Shown piece by piece: positions 15,323 through 24,657 of a stretch of DNA of 32,000 nt. Numbering within the stretch: position 1 is the stretch's first letter; the number at the start of each line of letters is the position of its first letter. Source of the stretch: Trichlorobacter lovleyi SZ (GTDB lineage Bacteria > Desulfobacterota > Desulfuromonadia > Geobacterales > Pseudopelobacteraceae); contig NC_010814.1 of assembly GCF_000020385.1 (NCBI RefSeq), forward strand, positions 2,850,001 through 2,882,000. Direction: 5' to 3'. The position numbers were made by a program, and so were the translations under genes. The notes beneath the pieces are model-generated. The model ran no database searches. It worked only from the letters and a program-made list of their open reading frames with translations, and was not told the origin of the DNA.

Positions 15323-16290
15323 ACTACTACGATGCACTCTATCCCCAGCTTGTTGCCATGGGACAGGAACGTTGGGCTGCACAGCTGCAAAGCACCCTGT
15401 CCAAGCAGCTGTTGCTTGAACGGTACGGTGATATGCCGGAGTGGCTCAGCGCTCTGGAGGCGCTGCCACAGATTCAGCCATCCTGCATTGATCTGCAGGA
15501 CTCTGTTACCATCGGTTCCGGCAGTGATCTTGGCCGGATCAGTAGCGAAGAGCTGATCACTCTACTGCAGGCCTTTCACCCCTGGCGAAAAGGCCCCTAT
15601 TCTCTTTTTGGTGTTGAGATTGAGACCGAGTGGCGCTCTGACTGGAAGTGGGATCGCCTGCTACCGCACATCCAGCCGCTGGCCGGACGCAGGGTCCTGG
15701 ATGTGGGCTGCGGCAACGGCTACCATGGCTGGCGGATGCGTGGCGTCGGTGCGGACTTTGTGCTTGGCATTGAGCCATTTCTGGTCTCGGTGATGCAGTT
15801 TCAGGTTATGCAGCGCTATCTGCGGGATCCACAGCATCAGGTCATCCCGATCGGTGTCGAAGATCTGCCTGCCAACCTTGCCTGCTTTGACAGCGTCTTC
15901 TCTATGGGGGTGCTGTACCATCGTCGCTCGCCCCTTGACCATATCTTGGAGTTGAAGGGCTGCCTGCGTCCGGGAGGACAGTTGATTCTGGAGACGCTGA
16001 TTGTTGAAGGGGATCAGGAGACGGTCTTCATGCCGCCGGGACGTTACGCCAAGATGCGCAATGTCTGGTTCCTGCCGTCAATACCGGCCATGACCCTGTG
16101 GTTGCAACGCTGTGGCTTTACCGAGATTGCCTGCGTCAACACCAATCGCACCAGCCACGGGGAACAACATGCGACGGACTGGATGCGTTTTGAGTCTCTG
16201 GCGGATTATCTTGACCCGGATGATGAATCAAAGACCATTGAAGGACACCCGGCACCGTTGCGGGCGATCTTTATTGCAACCAGGCCGTAG
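15319..16290 (+). CDS. cmoB: tRNA U34 carboxymethyltransferase
   Basis: 323 aa. The sequence [35 protein letters not shown] and [11 protein letters not shown] are typical of CmoB. Confidence 0.92.
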   Translation: MNYYDALYPQLVAMGQERWAAQLQSTLSKQLLLERYGDMPEWLSALEALPQIQPSCIDLQDSVTIGSGSDLGRISSEELITLLQAFHPWRKGPYSLFGVEIETEWRSDWKWDRLLPHIQPLAGRRVLDVGCGNGYHGWRMRGVGADFVLGIEPFLVSVMQFQVMQRYLRDPQHQVIPIGVEDLPANLACFDSVFSMGVLYHRRSPLDHILELKGCLRPGGQLILETLIVEGDQETVFMPPGRYAKMRNVWFLPSIPAMTLWLQRCGFTEIACVNTNRTSHGEQHATDWMRFESLADYLDPDDESKTIEGHPAPLRAIFIATRP

Positions 16291-16375
16291 GGAAGCCAGA
16301 ATCAAGCAATTGGCCGCAAAAGAACGCAAGGAACACAGAGAACTTAACCTGTTATAGTCTTAAAAACACAATAAT

Positions 16376-16501
16376 CCACAAAGAGTACGAAGTAATACCA
16401 AGAAAAACCGATTGTTTAAAGCAAACCGCTAATCAGCATTTGGGTAAAATCTTTGTTTCCTGTATTTTTTAAATCTTCGTGAAACTTCGTGTCCTTAGTG
16501 G
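16376..16501. repeat. Imperfect inverted repeat built from CACGAAG/CTTCGTG heptamers
   Basis: CCACAAAGAGTACGAAGT (16376-16393) matches the reverse complement of 16484-16501 (CCACTAAGGACACGAAGT) at 14/18. An extra CTTCGTG sits at 16475-16481, and a related GCAAGGAACACAGAG at 16326-16340. Confidence 0.5.
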
Positions 16502-16523
16502 ATATGAACTGCCGTTTTCCAGA

Positions 16524-16565
16524 CAAAAAAAGGCCGACCGGAAATTATTCCGATCGGCCTTTTCC
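16524..16565. terminator. Bidirectional intrinsic terminator between convergent cmoB and gcvPB
   Basis: The structure is an A7 run, AGGCCGACCGG-AAATTATT-CCGATCGGCCT (11-bp stem, 1 mismatch), then a T4 run. Confidence 0.75.
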
Positions 16566-16586
16566 TTTGAGACAGCAACTACCCTG

Positions 16587-18032
16587 CTACCCGAGGCAGC
16601 AGACGGTCTGGCTCCTGGCTGCCCTGGTTTCATCAAGCCGCGTAACCGGCATGGTAACCGGCATGGCTGCAAAGGAATCAGGATCAGCCTCGGCCTGCCT
16701 GGCAGCCTCGATCATCACCCCGATAAAGGCATCCATGGTGGCCTTGCTCTCGGTCTCGGTCGGCTCAATCATGATCGCCTCTTTGACGATCAGCGGGAAG
16801 TAGACCGTGGGTGGATGGTAGCCCTTGTCGATCAGGAACTTGGCGATATCAATGGCATGGACACCCTGAGCCAGTTGCTTGGAGGCAGAGAAGACCACTT
16901 CATGCATACAGGTCTGGCTGTAGGGCAGATCAAAATACCCTTTCAGCTTTTCCTTCATGTAGTTGGCATTCAGTACCGCCTGTTCAGAGACCTGAATCAG
17001 GCCTTCACGTCCCAGCATGATCATGTAGGTGTAGGCCTTAACCATGACCCCGAAGTTACCAAAGAAATTGGCGGTACGGCCAATGCTCAAGGGATTGTCA
17101 GTCTGGATCTGCAGCTTGCCACTGACCTCGTCATGGATAATGCGGGGCATCGGCAGGAACGGAATCAGGCTTTTCTTGACCCCTACCGGACCGGAACCGG
17201 GACCGCCGCCACCGTGGGGGGTACCAAAGGTCTTGTGCAGGTTGACGTGTACCACGTCAAAGCCCACATCGCCGGGCCGCACCTTGCCCATGATGGCGTT
17301 CAGGTTGGCGCCATCGTAGTACATCAGGGCATCGTGACTGTGGGCGATATCAGCGATTTCCTTGATATAGGGGTTGAACAGTCCCAGGGTGTTGGGGCAG
17401 GTCATCATGACCGCTGCCACTTCACCATTCATGGCCTGCTTGAACAGTTCCAGGTCCATGTCACCATAGGGGGCCGTGGGGATCGTGATGATCTCATAGC
17501 CCACCATGGCTGCCGAGGCCGGGTTGGTGCCATGGGATGAGTCAGGCACCACCACGTATTTCTTCTTGTTGCCCTTGGCCTTGTGGTAGGCCGCAACCAG
17601 CAGCATACCGGTCATCTCACCATGGGCGCCTGCCAGCGGCTGGGTGGTGACCTCATCCATACCGGTGATGTCAGCCAGCATCTGGCCCAGGTCATACAGC
17701 ATCCCCAACGCCCCCTGGCACAGCTCTGCCCCACCGGGCAGGAAGGCGGTCAAGGGATGCAGCGGAGCAAACAGGTTGGCAGCGTTTTCCAGCACCTTGG
17801 CGTTGTACTTCATGGTGCAGGAACCCAGCGGGTAGAAGTTGGTATCCACCGAGAAGTTGCGGCGGGACAGGTTGGTGAAGTGACGCACCATATCCAGCTC
17901 TGACAGTTCAGGCAGGGCCGCAGTTTCAGAGCGCAGCAGGTTCTGCGGCAGGTCAGCGGCTGCAGGCACATCAGAAACCGGCAGCATCACACCACGGCGG
18001 CCAGAGACGGATTTTTCATAAATCAGTTGCAT
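16587..18032 (-). CDS. gcvPB: Glycine dehydrogenase (decarboxylating) subunit 2
   Basis: 481 aa. Motifs present are [19 protein letters not shown], and the PLP-lysine context [14 protein letters not shown]. Confidence 0.95.
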   Translation of the reverse strand: MQLIYEKSVSGRRGVMLPVSDVPAAADLPQNLLRSETAALPELSELDMVRHFTNLSRRNFSVDTNFYPLGSCTMKYNAKVLENAANLFAPLHPLTAFLPGGAELCQGALGMLYDLGQMLADITGMDEVTTQPLAGAHGEMTGMLLVAAYHKAKGNKKKYVVVPDSSHGTNPASAAMVGYEIITIPTAPYGDMDLELFKQAMNGEVAAVMMTCPNTLGLFNPYIKEIADIAHSHDALMYYDGANLNAIMGKVRPGDVGFDVVHVNLHKTFGTPHGGGGPGSGPVGVKKSLIPFLPMPRIIHDEVSGKLQIQTDNPLSIGRTANFFGNFGVMVKAYTYMIMLGREGLIQVSEQAVLNANYMKEKLKGYFDLPYSQTCMHEVVFSASKQLAQGVHAIDIAKFLIDKGYHPPTVYFPLIVKEAIMIEPTETESKATMDAFIGVMIEAARQAEADPDSFAAMPVTMPVTRLDETRAARSQTVCCLG

Positions 18033-19369
18033 AGTGCCACCTCCAGCGCCTTCACCAGCTGATCAATCTCTTTTTTACTGCGTTTCTCGGTTACCGTCAC
18101 CACCAGCATATTTTCCGATCCGGTATAGAACCGGCCCAGCGGCATGCCGGCAGCAATCCCTTTATCCAACAGGGCCGCCACCACAGCTTCCGCCGGTTTC
18201 GGCAGGCTGATGGTGAACTCGTTAAAGGTTGGAGCGGTCTGCAGCACCACCACGCCCGGCAGTTTTGCCAGACAGGCCTTGGCGTACTCGGCCTTGTCCC
18301 GGTTCAGGCGGGCCAGATCAGCCAGCCCCTGCTTGCCGATGGCAGCCAGAAAGATCAGGCCGCGCAGGGCGCAGAGCGACTGGTTGCTACAGATGTTTGA
18401 GGTCGCCTTGTGACGCTTGATATGCTGTTCACGGGCCTGCAGGGTCAGCACGAAACCGCGCTTGCCGTTCTTGTCAACGGTCTCACCAACAATCCGGCCC
18501 GGCATATTACGGATATGGGCCTTCCTGGCAGCAATAAAGCCGAAGGAAGGACCGCCAAAGGAGAGCGGATTGCCCAGCGACTGGCCATCACCCACGGCAA
18601 TGTCAGCCCCCAGTTCACCCGGTGACTTCAGGATTCCCAGGGCAACCGGATAGACCGCGGTTACCAGCAGGGCACCGGCAGCATGGGCCTGGTCAGCCAG
18701 GCCGGAGAAGTCCTCCACCCCGCCAAACACGTTGGGATACTGCACCAGCACTGCAGCGGTGTTGGCATCCAGCTGTTTTGCCAGATCTTCCCGATTCAGC
18801 AGGCCATCCAGGGGCGGCAGCTCCACCAGCTCTGCATCCTGATTGGAGAGATAGGTGGCCAGCACCTGACGGGCAATGGGAGAGACACAGCCATCCACCA
18901 CCACCTTGGTCCGGTTGGTGGCCCGCATCGCCATCAGTGCGGCCTCTGCCAGGCCGGTGGCGCCATCGTAGAGCGAAGCGTTGCTGACATCCAGACCGGT
19001 CAGACGGCAGATGGCGGTCTGGTACTCAAACAACGCCTGCAGGGTGCCCTGGGAGCATTCCGGTTGGTAAGGAGTATAAGCGGTGTAGAACTCGGCCCGA
19101 CCGGAGAGATGATCAACCGCTGCCGGGATAATATGGTCATAGAATCCGCCACCGATGAACAGCGACAGGTTTTGATTGTTATCAGCAGCAACCGACTGCA
19201 GCCTGGCATAGGTCTCAAATTCCGACATGCCAACAGGCAGGTTAAAGGTGCTGCAACGCAGCTCTGCCGGAATCGGGGCAAACAGTTCCTCGACACTGGA
19301 GACGCCGATGGCAGCCAGCATCTCCTGAATCTCTTCAGGAGTATGGGGGCAATAGTGACTGGTGTTCAT
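18023..19369 (-). CDS. gcvPA: Glycine dehydrogenase (decarboxylating) subunit 1
   Basis: 448 aa. Motifs present are [28 protein letters not shown] and FGGP..G. It overlaps gcvPB by 10 nt. Confidence 0.95.
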   Translation of the reverse strand: MNTSHYCPHTPEEIQEMLAAIGVSSVEELFAPIPAELRCSTFNLPVGMSEFETYARLQSVAADNNQNLSLFIGGGFYDHIIPAAVDHLSGRAEFYTAYTPYQPECSQGTLQALFEYQTAICRLTGLDVSNASLYDGATGLAEAALMAMRATNRTKVVVDGCVSPIARQVLATYLSNQDAELVELPPLDGLLNREDLAKQLDANTAAVLVQYPNVFGGVEDFSGLADQAHAAGALLVTAVYPVALGILKSPGELGADIAVGDGQSLGNPLSFGGPSFGFIAARKAHIRNMPGRIVGETVDKNGKRGFVLTLQAREQHIKRHKATSNICSNQSLCALRGLIFLAAIGKQGLADLARLNRDKAEYAKACLAKLPGVVVLQTAPTFNEFTISLPKPAEAVVAALLDKGIAAGMPLGRFYTGSENMLVVTVTEKRSKKEIDQLVKALEVALCN

Positions 19370-19378
19370 AGAATCTCC

Positions 19379-19753
19379 CTACAGGGTTTTAAGGTATGCC
19401 TCGTACTGTGCCTTGGTCATCAGCTTTGACAGCTCGGCAGCATCAGCCAGCTCAAGCTCCACCATCCAGGCCGCCTCTTCTCCGGACTCGTTCACCTTTT
19501 CCGGTGCATCATCCAGCTCTGAGTTTACCTTGACCACCGTGCCGGAAACCGGGGCATAGATATCACTGGCAGCCTTGACCGACTCAATGGCAGCCATAAC
19601 CTCTTCCTGCTTGACCACCTTGCCGATAGCCGGCAGCTCCACAAAGGTGATGTCACCCAGCTCATGGGCCGCATGATCACTGATGCCGCAGACGGCACTG
19701 CTACCGCTCACTTTGACCCACTCATGCTCTTTGGTAAAATAGATTTCTGACAT
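19379..19753 (-). CDS. gcvH: Glycine cleavage system H protein (lipoyl carrier)
   Basis: 124 aa. It shows YFTKEHEWVK and the lipoyl-lysine context ESVKAASDIYAPVSG. Confidence 0.95.
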   Translation of the reverse strand: MSEIYFTKEHEWVKVSGSSAVCGISDHAAHELGDITFVELPAIGKVVKQEEVMAAIESVKAASDIYAPVSGTVVKVNSELDDAPEKVNESGEEAAWMVELELADAAELSKLMTKAQYEAYLKTL

Positions 19754-19794
19754 ACGCTAACCCTCCAATGGTATATGGTTACAGCTGAACTTGC

Positions 19795-20208
19795 TTATTT
19801 TTTGGGACACTCGCCGATCCGCCTGCCCTTTACCTTGACGGTCATGGCATGGCCCTGACTCTTCATCTTCATGGTTGAGGCATAGGAATCCTGGCTGAAG
19901 ACGGTTTCACCGTTAAAGGTACCGGCATTTTGCCCGGTGCATTTCATGGCCCAGGTGACCTTGTTACCAGCCACCTTGTAATCGGTCAGGGTACAGTTCT
20001 TTTCCCGGGCGATCACCTTCTTCTGGTCCTTGACATCCTCTTTGCTATAGCAGTGCTTGATGGTTGAGGCCGGGATCTTCATCGGCATGCCGGGCATCTC
20101 GGTCTGCGAGGTGATCTCCCAGTAGCCGTCACGGATACTTTCAGCAGCAAACGCAGATGGTGACACCAGCAACAGAGCCCCCAGCACAACATAAACGGTA
20201 CGTTTCAT
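19795..20208 (-). CDS. DUF3617-like exported small protein embedded in the gcv operon
   Basis: 137 aa. The signal peptide is MKRTVYVVLGALLLVSPSAFA|AE. GYWEITSQTEMPGMP...C....KC.G......G pairs of Cys resemble DUF3617. Confidence 0.6.
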   Translation of the reverse strand: MKRTVYVVLGALLLVSPSAFAAESIRDGYWEITSQTEMPGMPMKIPASTIKHCYSKEDVKDQKKVIAREKNCTLTDYKVAGNKVTWAMKCTGQNAGTFNGETVFSQDSYASTMKMKSQGHAMTVKVKGRRIGECPKK

Positions 20209-20234
20209 AACCGACTCCTTTCGTTTACATGATG

Positions 20235-21335
20235 TTAGCTGCGTACTGATCCTTCAGTAAAGAACGGCACGGTACAGACCGCCGCCTCCATCACCGCCCG
20301 ATCCTGTTTGATGGTCAGGGCAGTGCCAAGCGCCGCATAACCGGGCTCAACATAGCCCAGACCAATGCCGCAGCCCAGCATCGGTGAGAAGACGCCGCTG
20401 GTCACTTCGCCGATCTGCCGTTCTCCGTCAAAGATACCGAAACCGTGGCGGGGTGTGCGCCGTGAAGTGACCTTAAAGGCCACCTTAACCCGCTTCAAAG
20501 GCTGCTTCTGTTGCTTCAGCAGCGCCTCTTTGCCCACAAACTGCTTGTCCAGTTTGACAAAGGCAGCCAGGTCCGCTTCCAATGGCGTTGTCGCCTCATC
20601 AATATCACTGCCGTAGAGTGAGTAGCCCACTTCCAGACGCAGCACATCCCGTGCCCCCAGTCCGGCCGGCTTGACCCGCTCATCAGCCAGCAGCTTTTCC
20701 CACAGCTCGCCTACTTTATCGGCTGGCAGGAAGATCTCATACCCCAGCTCACCGGTGTAGCCGGTACGGCTGACAATGGCAGGAACGCCCAGTACCGTCT
20801 GCTGGACAAATTTAAAGTAGGGAATCTCGGCCACCCAGCCACCCAGCAGGTCAACCAGCACTTCACGGGAACGGGGCCCCTGCAGGTCAAGCTTGGCAGT
20901 GGCAGCAGTGATGTCGCTGAACTGACCACCCTTCAGCCGTGATTGAATCACCTTGAAATCATTCGGAGCGGTGGCAGCATTGACCACAATCATGACTTCA
21001 TCTGCTGCCATACGGAACACGATCAGGTCGTCAATGATCCCGCCCTGTTCGTTCAGCAGAAAACCGTACTTTGAGCGGCCGACCGGGATGGCGCTGATGG
21101 AAAAGGTAAACAGGTCCTCAAGTCCGCTGGCAACGATATCACCCGTGAACTGGAACTCTCCCATATGGCAGATATCGAACAGGGCTGCCTGCTCACGGCA
21201 CCAGCGGTGCTCGGCAATGATCCCCTCGTACTGGATCGGCATATCCCAGCCGCCAAAGGGTGCCATCAGGGCCCCCAGGGCACGGTGCTGTTGATTCAAG
21301 GGGGTAACCTGCAGTGTCTCGGTCTGATCGCTCAT
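20235..21335 (-). CDS. gcvT: Aminomethyltransferase (glycine cleavage T protein)
   Basis: Motifs present are TPL...H..LGA.M.PFGGW.MP.QY, LFD..HMG and RTGYTGE.G.E. I start at the ATG at 21335, 7 nt after an AAGGAG; the track ORF begins at a TTG two codons upstream. Confidence 0.93.
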   Translation of the reverse strand: MSDQTETLQVTPLNQQHRALGALMAPFGGWDMPIQYEGIIAEHRWCREQAALFDICHMGEFQFTGDIVASGLEDLFTFSISAIPVGRSKYGFLLNEQGGIIDDLIVFRMAADEVMIVVNAATAPNDFKVIQSRLKGGQFSDITAATAKLDLQGPRSREVLVDLLGGWVAEIPYFKFVQQTVLGVPAIVSRTGYTGELGYEIFLPADKVGELWEKLLADERVKPAGLGARDVLRLEVGYSLYGSDIDEATTPLEADLAAFVKLDKQFVGKEALLKQQKQPLKRVKVAFKVTSRRTPRHGFGIFDGERQIGEVTSGVFSPMLGCGIGLGYVEPGYAALGTALTIKQDRAVMEAAVCTVPFFTEGSVRS

Positions 21336-21356
21336 ATACAAACTCCTTGTTGGGAT

Positions 21357-21797
21357 CTATCGTTTCTTTTTCCGGTGGCCGGACTGGGCTGCAAGGGCCT
21401 TGATATCGGTCAGCCGCATCTTCCAGCGCCCTTCTTCATGGTCCAGGGTAAACTCGCGGCTCTGGCTGTCATCAACGCCGGGGCTGCCCTCCATCCCCAG
21501 CCTGGCAAAGACCTTGGCGGTTGTCCGCTTTTCACTGATCAGACGGAAATTGTTCAGTTTGTTAAAACAGCAGGCAGGTTTGATCCCGGCATCCTTCATG
21601 GTATGGACAAAGCGTTCTCTGGTCATACCGCTTCTGTGGGAAAGGCTGTCGTACAGCTGCTCAAAACGACCCTCGCGCCAGAGATCAAGACTATCGGACA
21701 TGGCCTGCTCTCTGGGGTCAGTACGTTGATCGGCACCGGCTGCAGCAGTAAAAGCAAAAACAAGGACCAGAACAATCAGAAATGGCAGGCGGGACAT
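21357..21797 (-). CDS. Small exported protein of unknown function, first gene of the gcv operon
   Basis: I start at the ATG at 21797, after a GGGAGG. The signal peptide is MSRLPFLIVLVLVFAFTAAAGA. The mature part is about 125 aa and ends in a basic tail, HRKKKR. The stop lies 21 nt upstream of the gcvT start. Confidence 0.55.
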   Translation of the reverse strand: MSRLPFLIVLVLVFAFTAAAGADQRTDPREQAMSDSLDLWREGRFEQLYDSLSHRSGMTRERFVHTMKDAGIKPACCFNKLNNFRLISEKRTTAKVFARLGMEGSPGVDDSQSREFTLDHEEGRWKMRLTDIKALAAQSGHRKKKR

Positions 21798-21941
21798 AGG
21801 AAACGACCTCCCTGAAAAGTTCCTCATGGTAGTGCATCCTGCCCCTCTCAGCAATCAAAAATTAACCCGAATTGAACCTTGCCAATCCATCTTCTTCAGC
21901 TACAATAGTATTCTTAAGGGCATACGTGCAGGAGGTGGGGC

Positions 21942-23189
21942 ATGAGAGATTATAATGAGACATTACAGCAGCTTCTTAACTTTGGGCTTGATATCTCCCA
22001 AATCAAGGATATTGACTTCCTGCTTGAAAAGATCCTTTCCGAGGCCCGGCGCTTCACCGGCTGTGATGCCGGTACCATCTACATTAAAGACGGCAACTGG
22101 CTGGCAGCCCGCTATTCACAGAACGATACGGTTAATACCCAGTTGGCGCCCCACCGCAAATCGGTCTACTCAAATATAACCATCAGGGTCGATAACACCT
22201 CCATTGCCGGTTATGTGGCTGCCACCGGCAACCAGCTCAATATCCCGGATGTCTATCATCTGGATGCCGGGCTGCCCTACTCCTTTAACCGTTCTTTTGA
22301 CGACTTGACCAACTACCGTACCACCTCGCAACTGGTCCTGCCGCTGACCAGCATGCGGGGCGAGACGGTAGGGGTGTTGCAGCTGATCAACGCCAAGGAT
22401 GCCACCGGCCAGGTCACCTCCTTTGACGGCAACGATGAAAACGGCATCAGCTACTTTGCCGTGACCGCCGCCAACGCCATTGAACGGGCCAAGATGACCC
22501 GCGAGATCATCCTGCGGATGAACCGGATGGCTGAGCTGCGTGACCCTAAAGAAACCGGCCCCCACGTCAACCGTGTGGCAGCCTACTCGGTGGCGTTGTA
22601 TGAAGGATGGGCAGCCCGCAAGGGGCTTGAGCAGGATGAGATTGACCGCACCCGCGATATCCTGCGGATGGCAGCCATGCTGCATGATGTGGGCAAAGTG
22701 GCCATCTCCGACAGTATCCTGAAAAAACCGGGCCGTTTCACCCCGGAAGAATACGACGTCATGAAACTGCACACCGTCTATGGCGCCCGCTTGTTTCCCG
22801 ATGTTTATTCAGAACTGGATGAATCAGCGGCAGCGGTTGCCCTGAATCACCACGAACGCTGGGATGGCAACGGCTACCCCGGTCATATCAGCCTGGCGAC
22901 CCTGAAACCGCTGCCGGGTTATGAGAAAGAGGATGGTACGGCCCGCGGCAAGAAGGGGGAAGAGATCCCCCTCTTTGGCAGGATTGTAGCAATTGCCGAT
23001 GTTTATGATGCCCTCTCAAACCGGCGCTGTTATAAAGAGGCCTGGGACCCGGCCGCGGTGGTGGATGAGCTGCAAAAAGATGCCGGCACGGTCTTTGATC
23101 CTGAGTTGATGGATGTATTTCTGGACAGCATCGACACCATCCGCCAGATCGGCACACAGTTCCCGGATGATGCCGATGCCCACGTTTGA
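21942..23189 (+). CDS. GAF-domain HD-GYP phosphohydrolase (probable c-di-GMP phosphodiesterase)
   Basis: 415 aa. The N-terminal GAF-like region reads RRFTGCDAGTIYI...VGVLQLINA. The HD-GYP motifs are AAMLHDVGKVAI, KPGRFTPEEY..MK.H and HHERWDGNGYPG. Confidence 0.85.
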   Translation: MRDYNETLQQLLNFGLDISQIKDIDFLLEKILSEARRFTGCDAGTIYIKDGNWLAARYSQNDTVNTQLAPHRKSVYSNITIRVDNTSIAGYVAATGNQLNIPDVYHLDAGLPYSFNRSFDDLTNYRTTSQLVLPLTSMRGETVGVLQLINAKDATGQVTSFDGNDENGISYFAVTAANAIERAKMTREIILRMNRMAELRDPKETGPHVNRVAAYSVALYEGWAARKGLEQDEIDRTRDILRMAAMLHDVGKVAISDSILKKPGRFTPEEYDVMKLHTVYGARLFPDVYSELDESAAAVALNHHERWDGNGYPGHISLATLKPLPGYEKEDGTARGKKGEEIPLFGRIVAIADVYDALSNRRCYKEAWDPAAVVDELQKDAGTVFDPELMDVFLDSIDTIRQIGTQFPDDADAHV

Positions 23190-23190
23190 T

Positions 23191-23228
23191 ACAGCAAAGG
23201 CTGCCTTGGTAGAGACAGCCTTTGCTGT
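23191..23228. terminator. Hairpin between the convergent HD-GYP and DAHP synthase genes
   Basis: ACAGCAAAGGCTG-N12-CAGCCTTTGCTGT forms a 13-bp perfect stem starting 2 nt after the HD-GYP stop, followed by TTTAATT. Confidence 0.6.
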
Positions 23229-23259
23229 TTAATTGTGAAGCACGCTTTCCGCTCTCGTT

Positions 23260-24279
23260 TTACAGACTCCGCCCGTCCGCCTCGGCAAACAGCCGTAACT
23301 TCTGCATCATGGCTGCGAACTTCTTTGGCTTCAGCGATTGCGGCCCATCACTTGACGCCCGCTCAGGGTCCGGATGCACCTCCACAATCAGGCCGTCTGC
23401 CCCGGCGGCCACTGCGGCATAGCACATCGGCGCCACATAGTGGTAGTTGCCGGTACCATGGGACGGATCAATCACCACCGGCAGGTGGGTCTTCAGCTTC
23501 AGCACCGGAATGGCCGAAAGATCAAGGGTATTGCGGGTAGCTGTTTCAAAGGTCCTGATCCCCCGCTCACACAACACCACCCCCTGGTTGCCCTCGCTCA
23601 TGATGTACTCGGCGCTCATCAGAAACTCCTGAATGGTCATGGCCATGCCACGCTTGAGCAGGATCGGCTTGCCGCACTGGCCGACCTTCTTCAGCAGGGC
23701 AAAGTTCTGGGAGTTGCGGGCACCGATCTGCAGCATGTCGGCATAGTCGGCCACCAGGTCCACGGTCTCGGGGTTGATGACTTCGGTCACGAACGGCAGC
23801 CCGGTCAGATCACGGGCTTTTGCCAGCATCTTCAGCCCTTCCTCTTCCAGCCCCTGGAATGAATAGGGGGAGGTACGGGGCTTGAAGGCACCGCCGCGCA
23901 GCATGGTTGCTCCGGCCTCTTTCACCAGCCTGGCGCTTTCAATGATCTGCTCTTCACTCTCAACCGAGCAGGGACCGGCCATCACCACGACCCGGGAGCC
24001 GCCGATAACAACAGAGTCGCCGACCTTCACCTGACTTGGCTCATGCTTCACCTCGCTGGATGCCAGTTTGTACGGCTGCAGGATCGGCACCACACTCTCA
24101 ACGCCGTGCATATTCTCCAGCGACTGCAGTACCAGCTTCGCCCGTTCATCACCAATGGCGCCGATCACGTCTCTGGTGGTGCCATGAATAATATGGGGTT
24201 TATACCCCAGCTCCTTGATCCGCTTCACCACTTCATCCCTGTCTTTCTTGCCTGCGCCTGCCTTCATGACGATGATCAT
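23260..24279 (-). CDS. aroF: 3-deoxy-7-phosphoheptulonate (DAHP) synthase, type I-beta, with an N-terminal ferredoxin-like regulatory domain
   Basis: 339 aa. It is collinear with Thermotoga-type DAHPS: MIIVMK.....D...V.......G......G..R.VIG.IGD, then [49 protein letters not shown] and DPSH. Confidence 0.92.
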   Translation of the reverse strand: MIIVMKAGAGKKDRDEVVKRIKELGYKPHIIHGTTRDVIGAIGDERAKLVLQSLENMHGVESVVPILQPYKLASSEVKHEPSQVKVGDSVVIGGSRVVVMAGPCSVESEEQIIESARLVKEAGATMLRGGAFKPRTSPYSFQGLEEEGLKMLAKARDLTGLPFVTEVINPETVDLVADYADMLQIGARNSQNFALLKKVGQCGKPILLKRGMAMTIQEFLMSAEYIMSEGNQGVVLCERGIRTFETATRNTLDLSAIPVLKLKTHLPVVIDPSHGTGNYHYVAPMCYAAVAAGADGLIVEVHPDPERASSDGPQSLKPKKFAAMMQKLRLFAEADGRSL

Positions 24280-24307
24280 CTCTCGCTCCTTTTTCCCAAA
24301 AACAAAA

Positions 24308-24329
24308 GGCCGGGAGGAATCCCCCGGCC
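24308..24329 (-). promoter_or_regulatory. Intrinsic-terminator-like hairpin in the aroF 5' leader (proximal)
   Basis: The minus strand reads GGCCGGGGG-ATT-CCTCCCGGCC followed by TTTTGTTTTTGG. It ends about 18 nt before the AGGAG Shine-Dalgarno of aroF. Confidence 0.5.
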
Positions 24330-24360
24330 ATAGAATCGTTTTGCCACATCAAACGAAAAA

Positions 24361-24391
24361 AGCCGGGGAGACTCTTCCGTCTGCCCCGGCT
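24361..24391 (-). promoter_or_regulatory. Intrinsic-terminator-like hairpin in the aroF 5' leader (distal)
   Basis: The minus strand reads AGCCGGGGCAGAC-GGAAGA-GTCTCCCCGGCT (about 12 bp with a 1-nt bulge) followed by TTTTTCGTTTG. No minus-strand gene lies upstream for it to terminate. Confidence 0.5.
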
Positions 24392-24657
24392 TTTGGTTGT
24401 GTAATCGGTTTTTTGCTCCTAAACCGCGTACACCCTTGCCCGGGCAGACGGCGTAAAATAAAAGCCGTACCAAAAAAACCCGAAAAAAGATGCAAAACGG
24501 TAGAAGGAATTCATGGCGTGAATCAAAGCACAGAGCGCCCGCCCTGTCAAGAGCTTTGATGAGCCTCTGCCTGTTGTTTGACATTAGCAGCACTATCGTC
24601 TACATATCTAGATACAAAAGCCTACCGCTCATCGTCAAAACAGATCCATGCCTCAGG

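Noticed and set aside
21798-21941. Glycine riboswitch upstream of the gcv operon
   Set aside because: I read the minus-strand leader and did not find the conserved GGAGAG...ACCGAAGGGGCAA-type cores. There is only a GGGAGG Shine-Dalgarno and unstructured AT-rich sequence. An Infernal scan would settle it.
24215-24593. ORFs 24215-24559(+) and 24276-24593(-) in the aroF / GGDEF intergenic region
   Set aside because: They run through the terminator-like hairpins and poly-A/T tracts and have no Shine-Dalgarno. The region is better explained as a structured non-coding leader.
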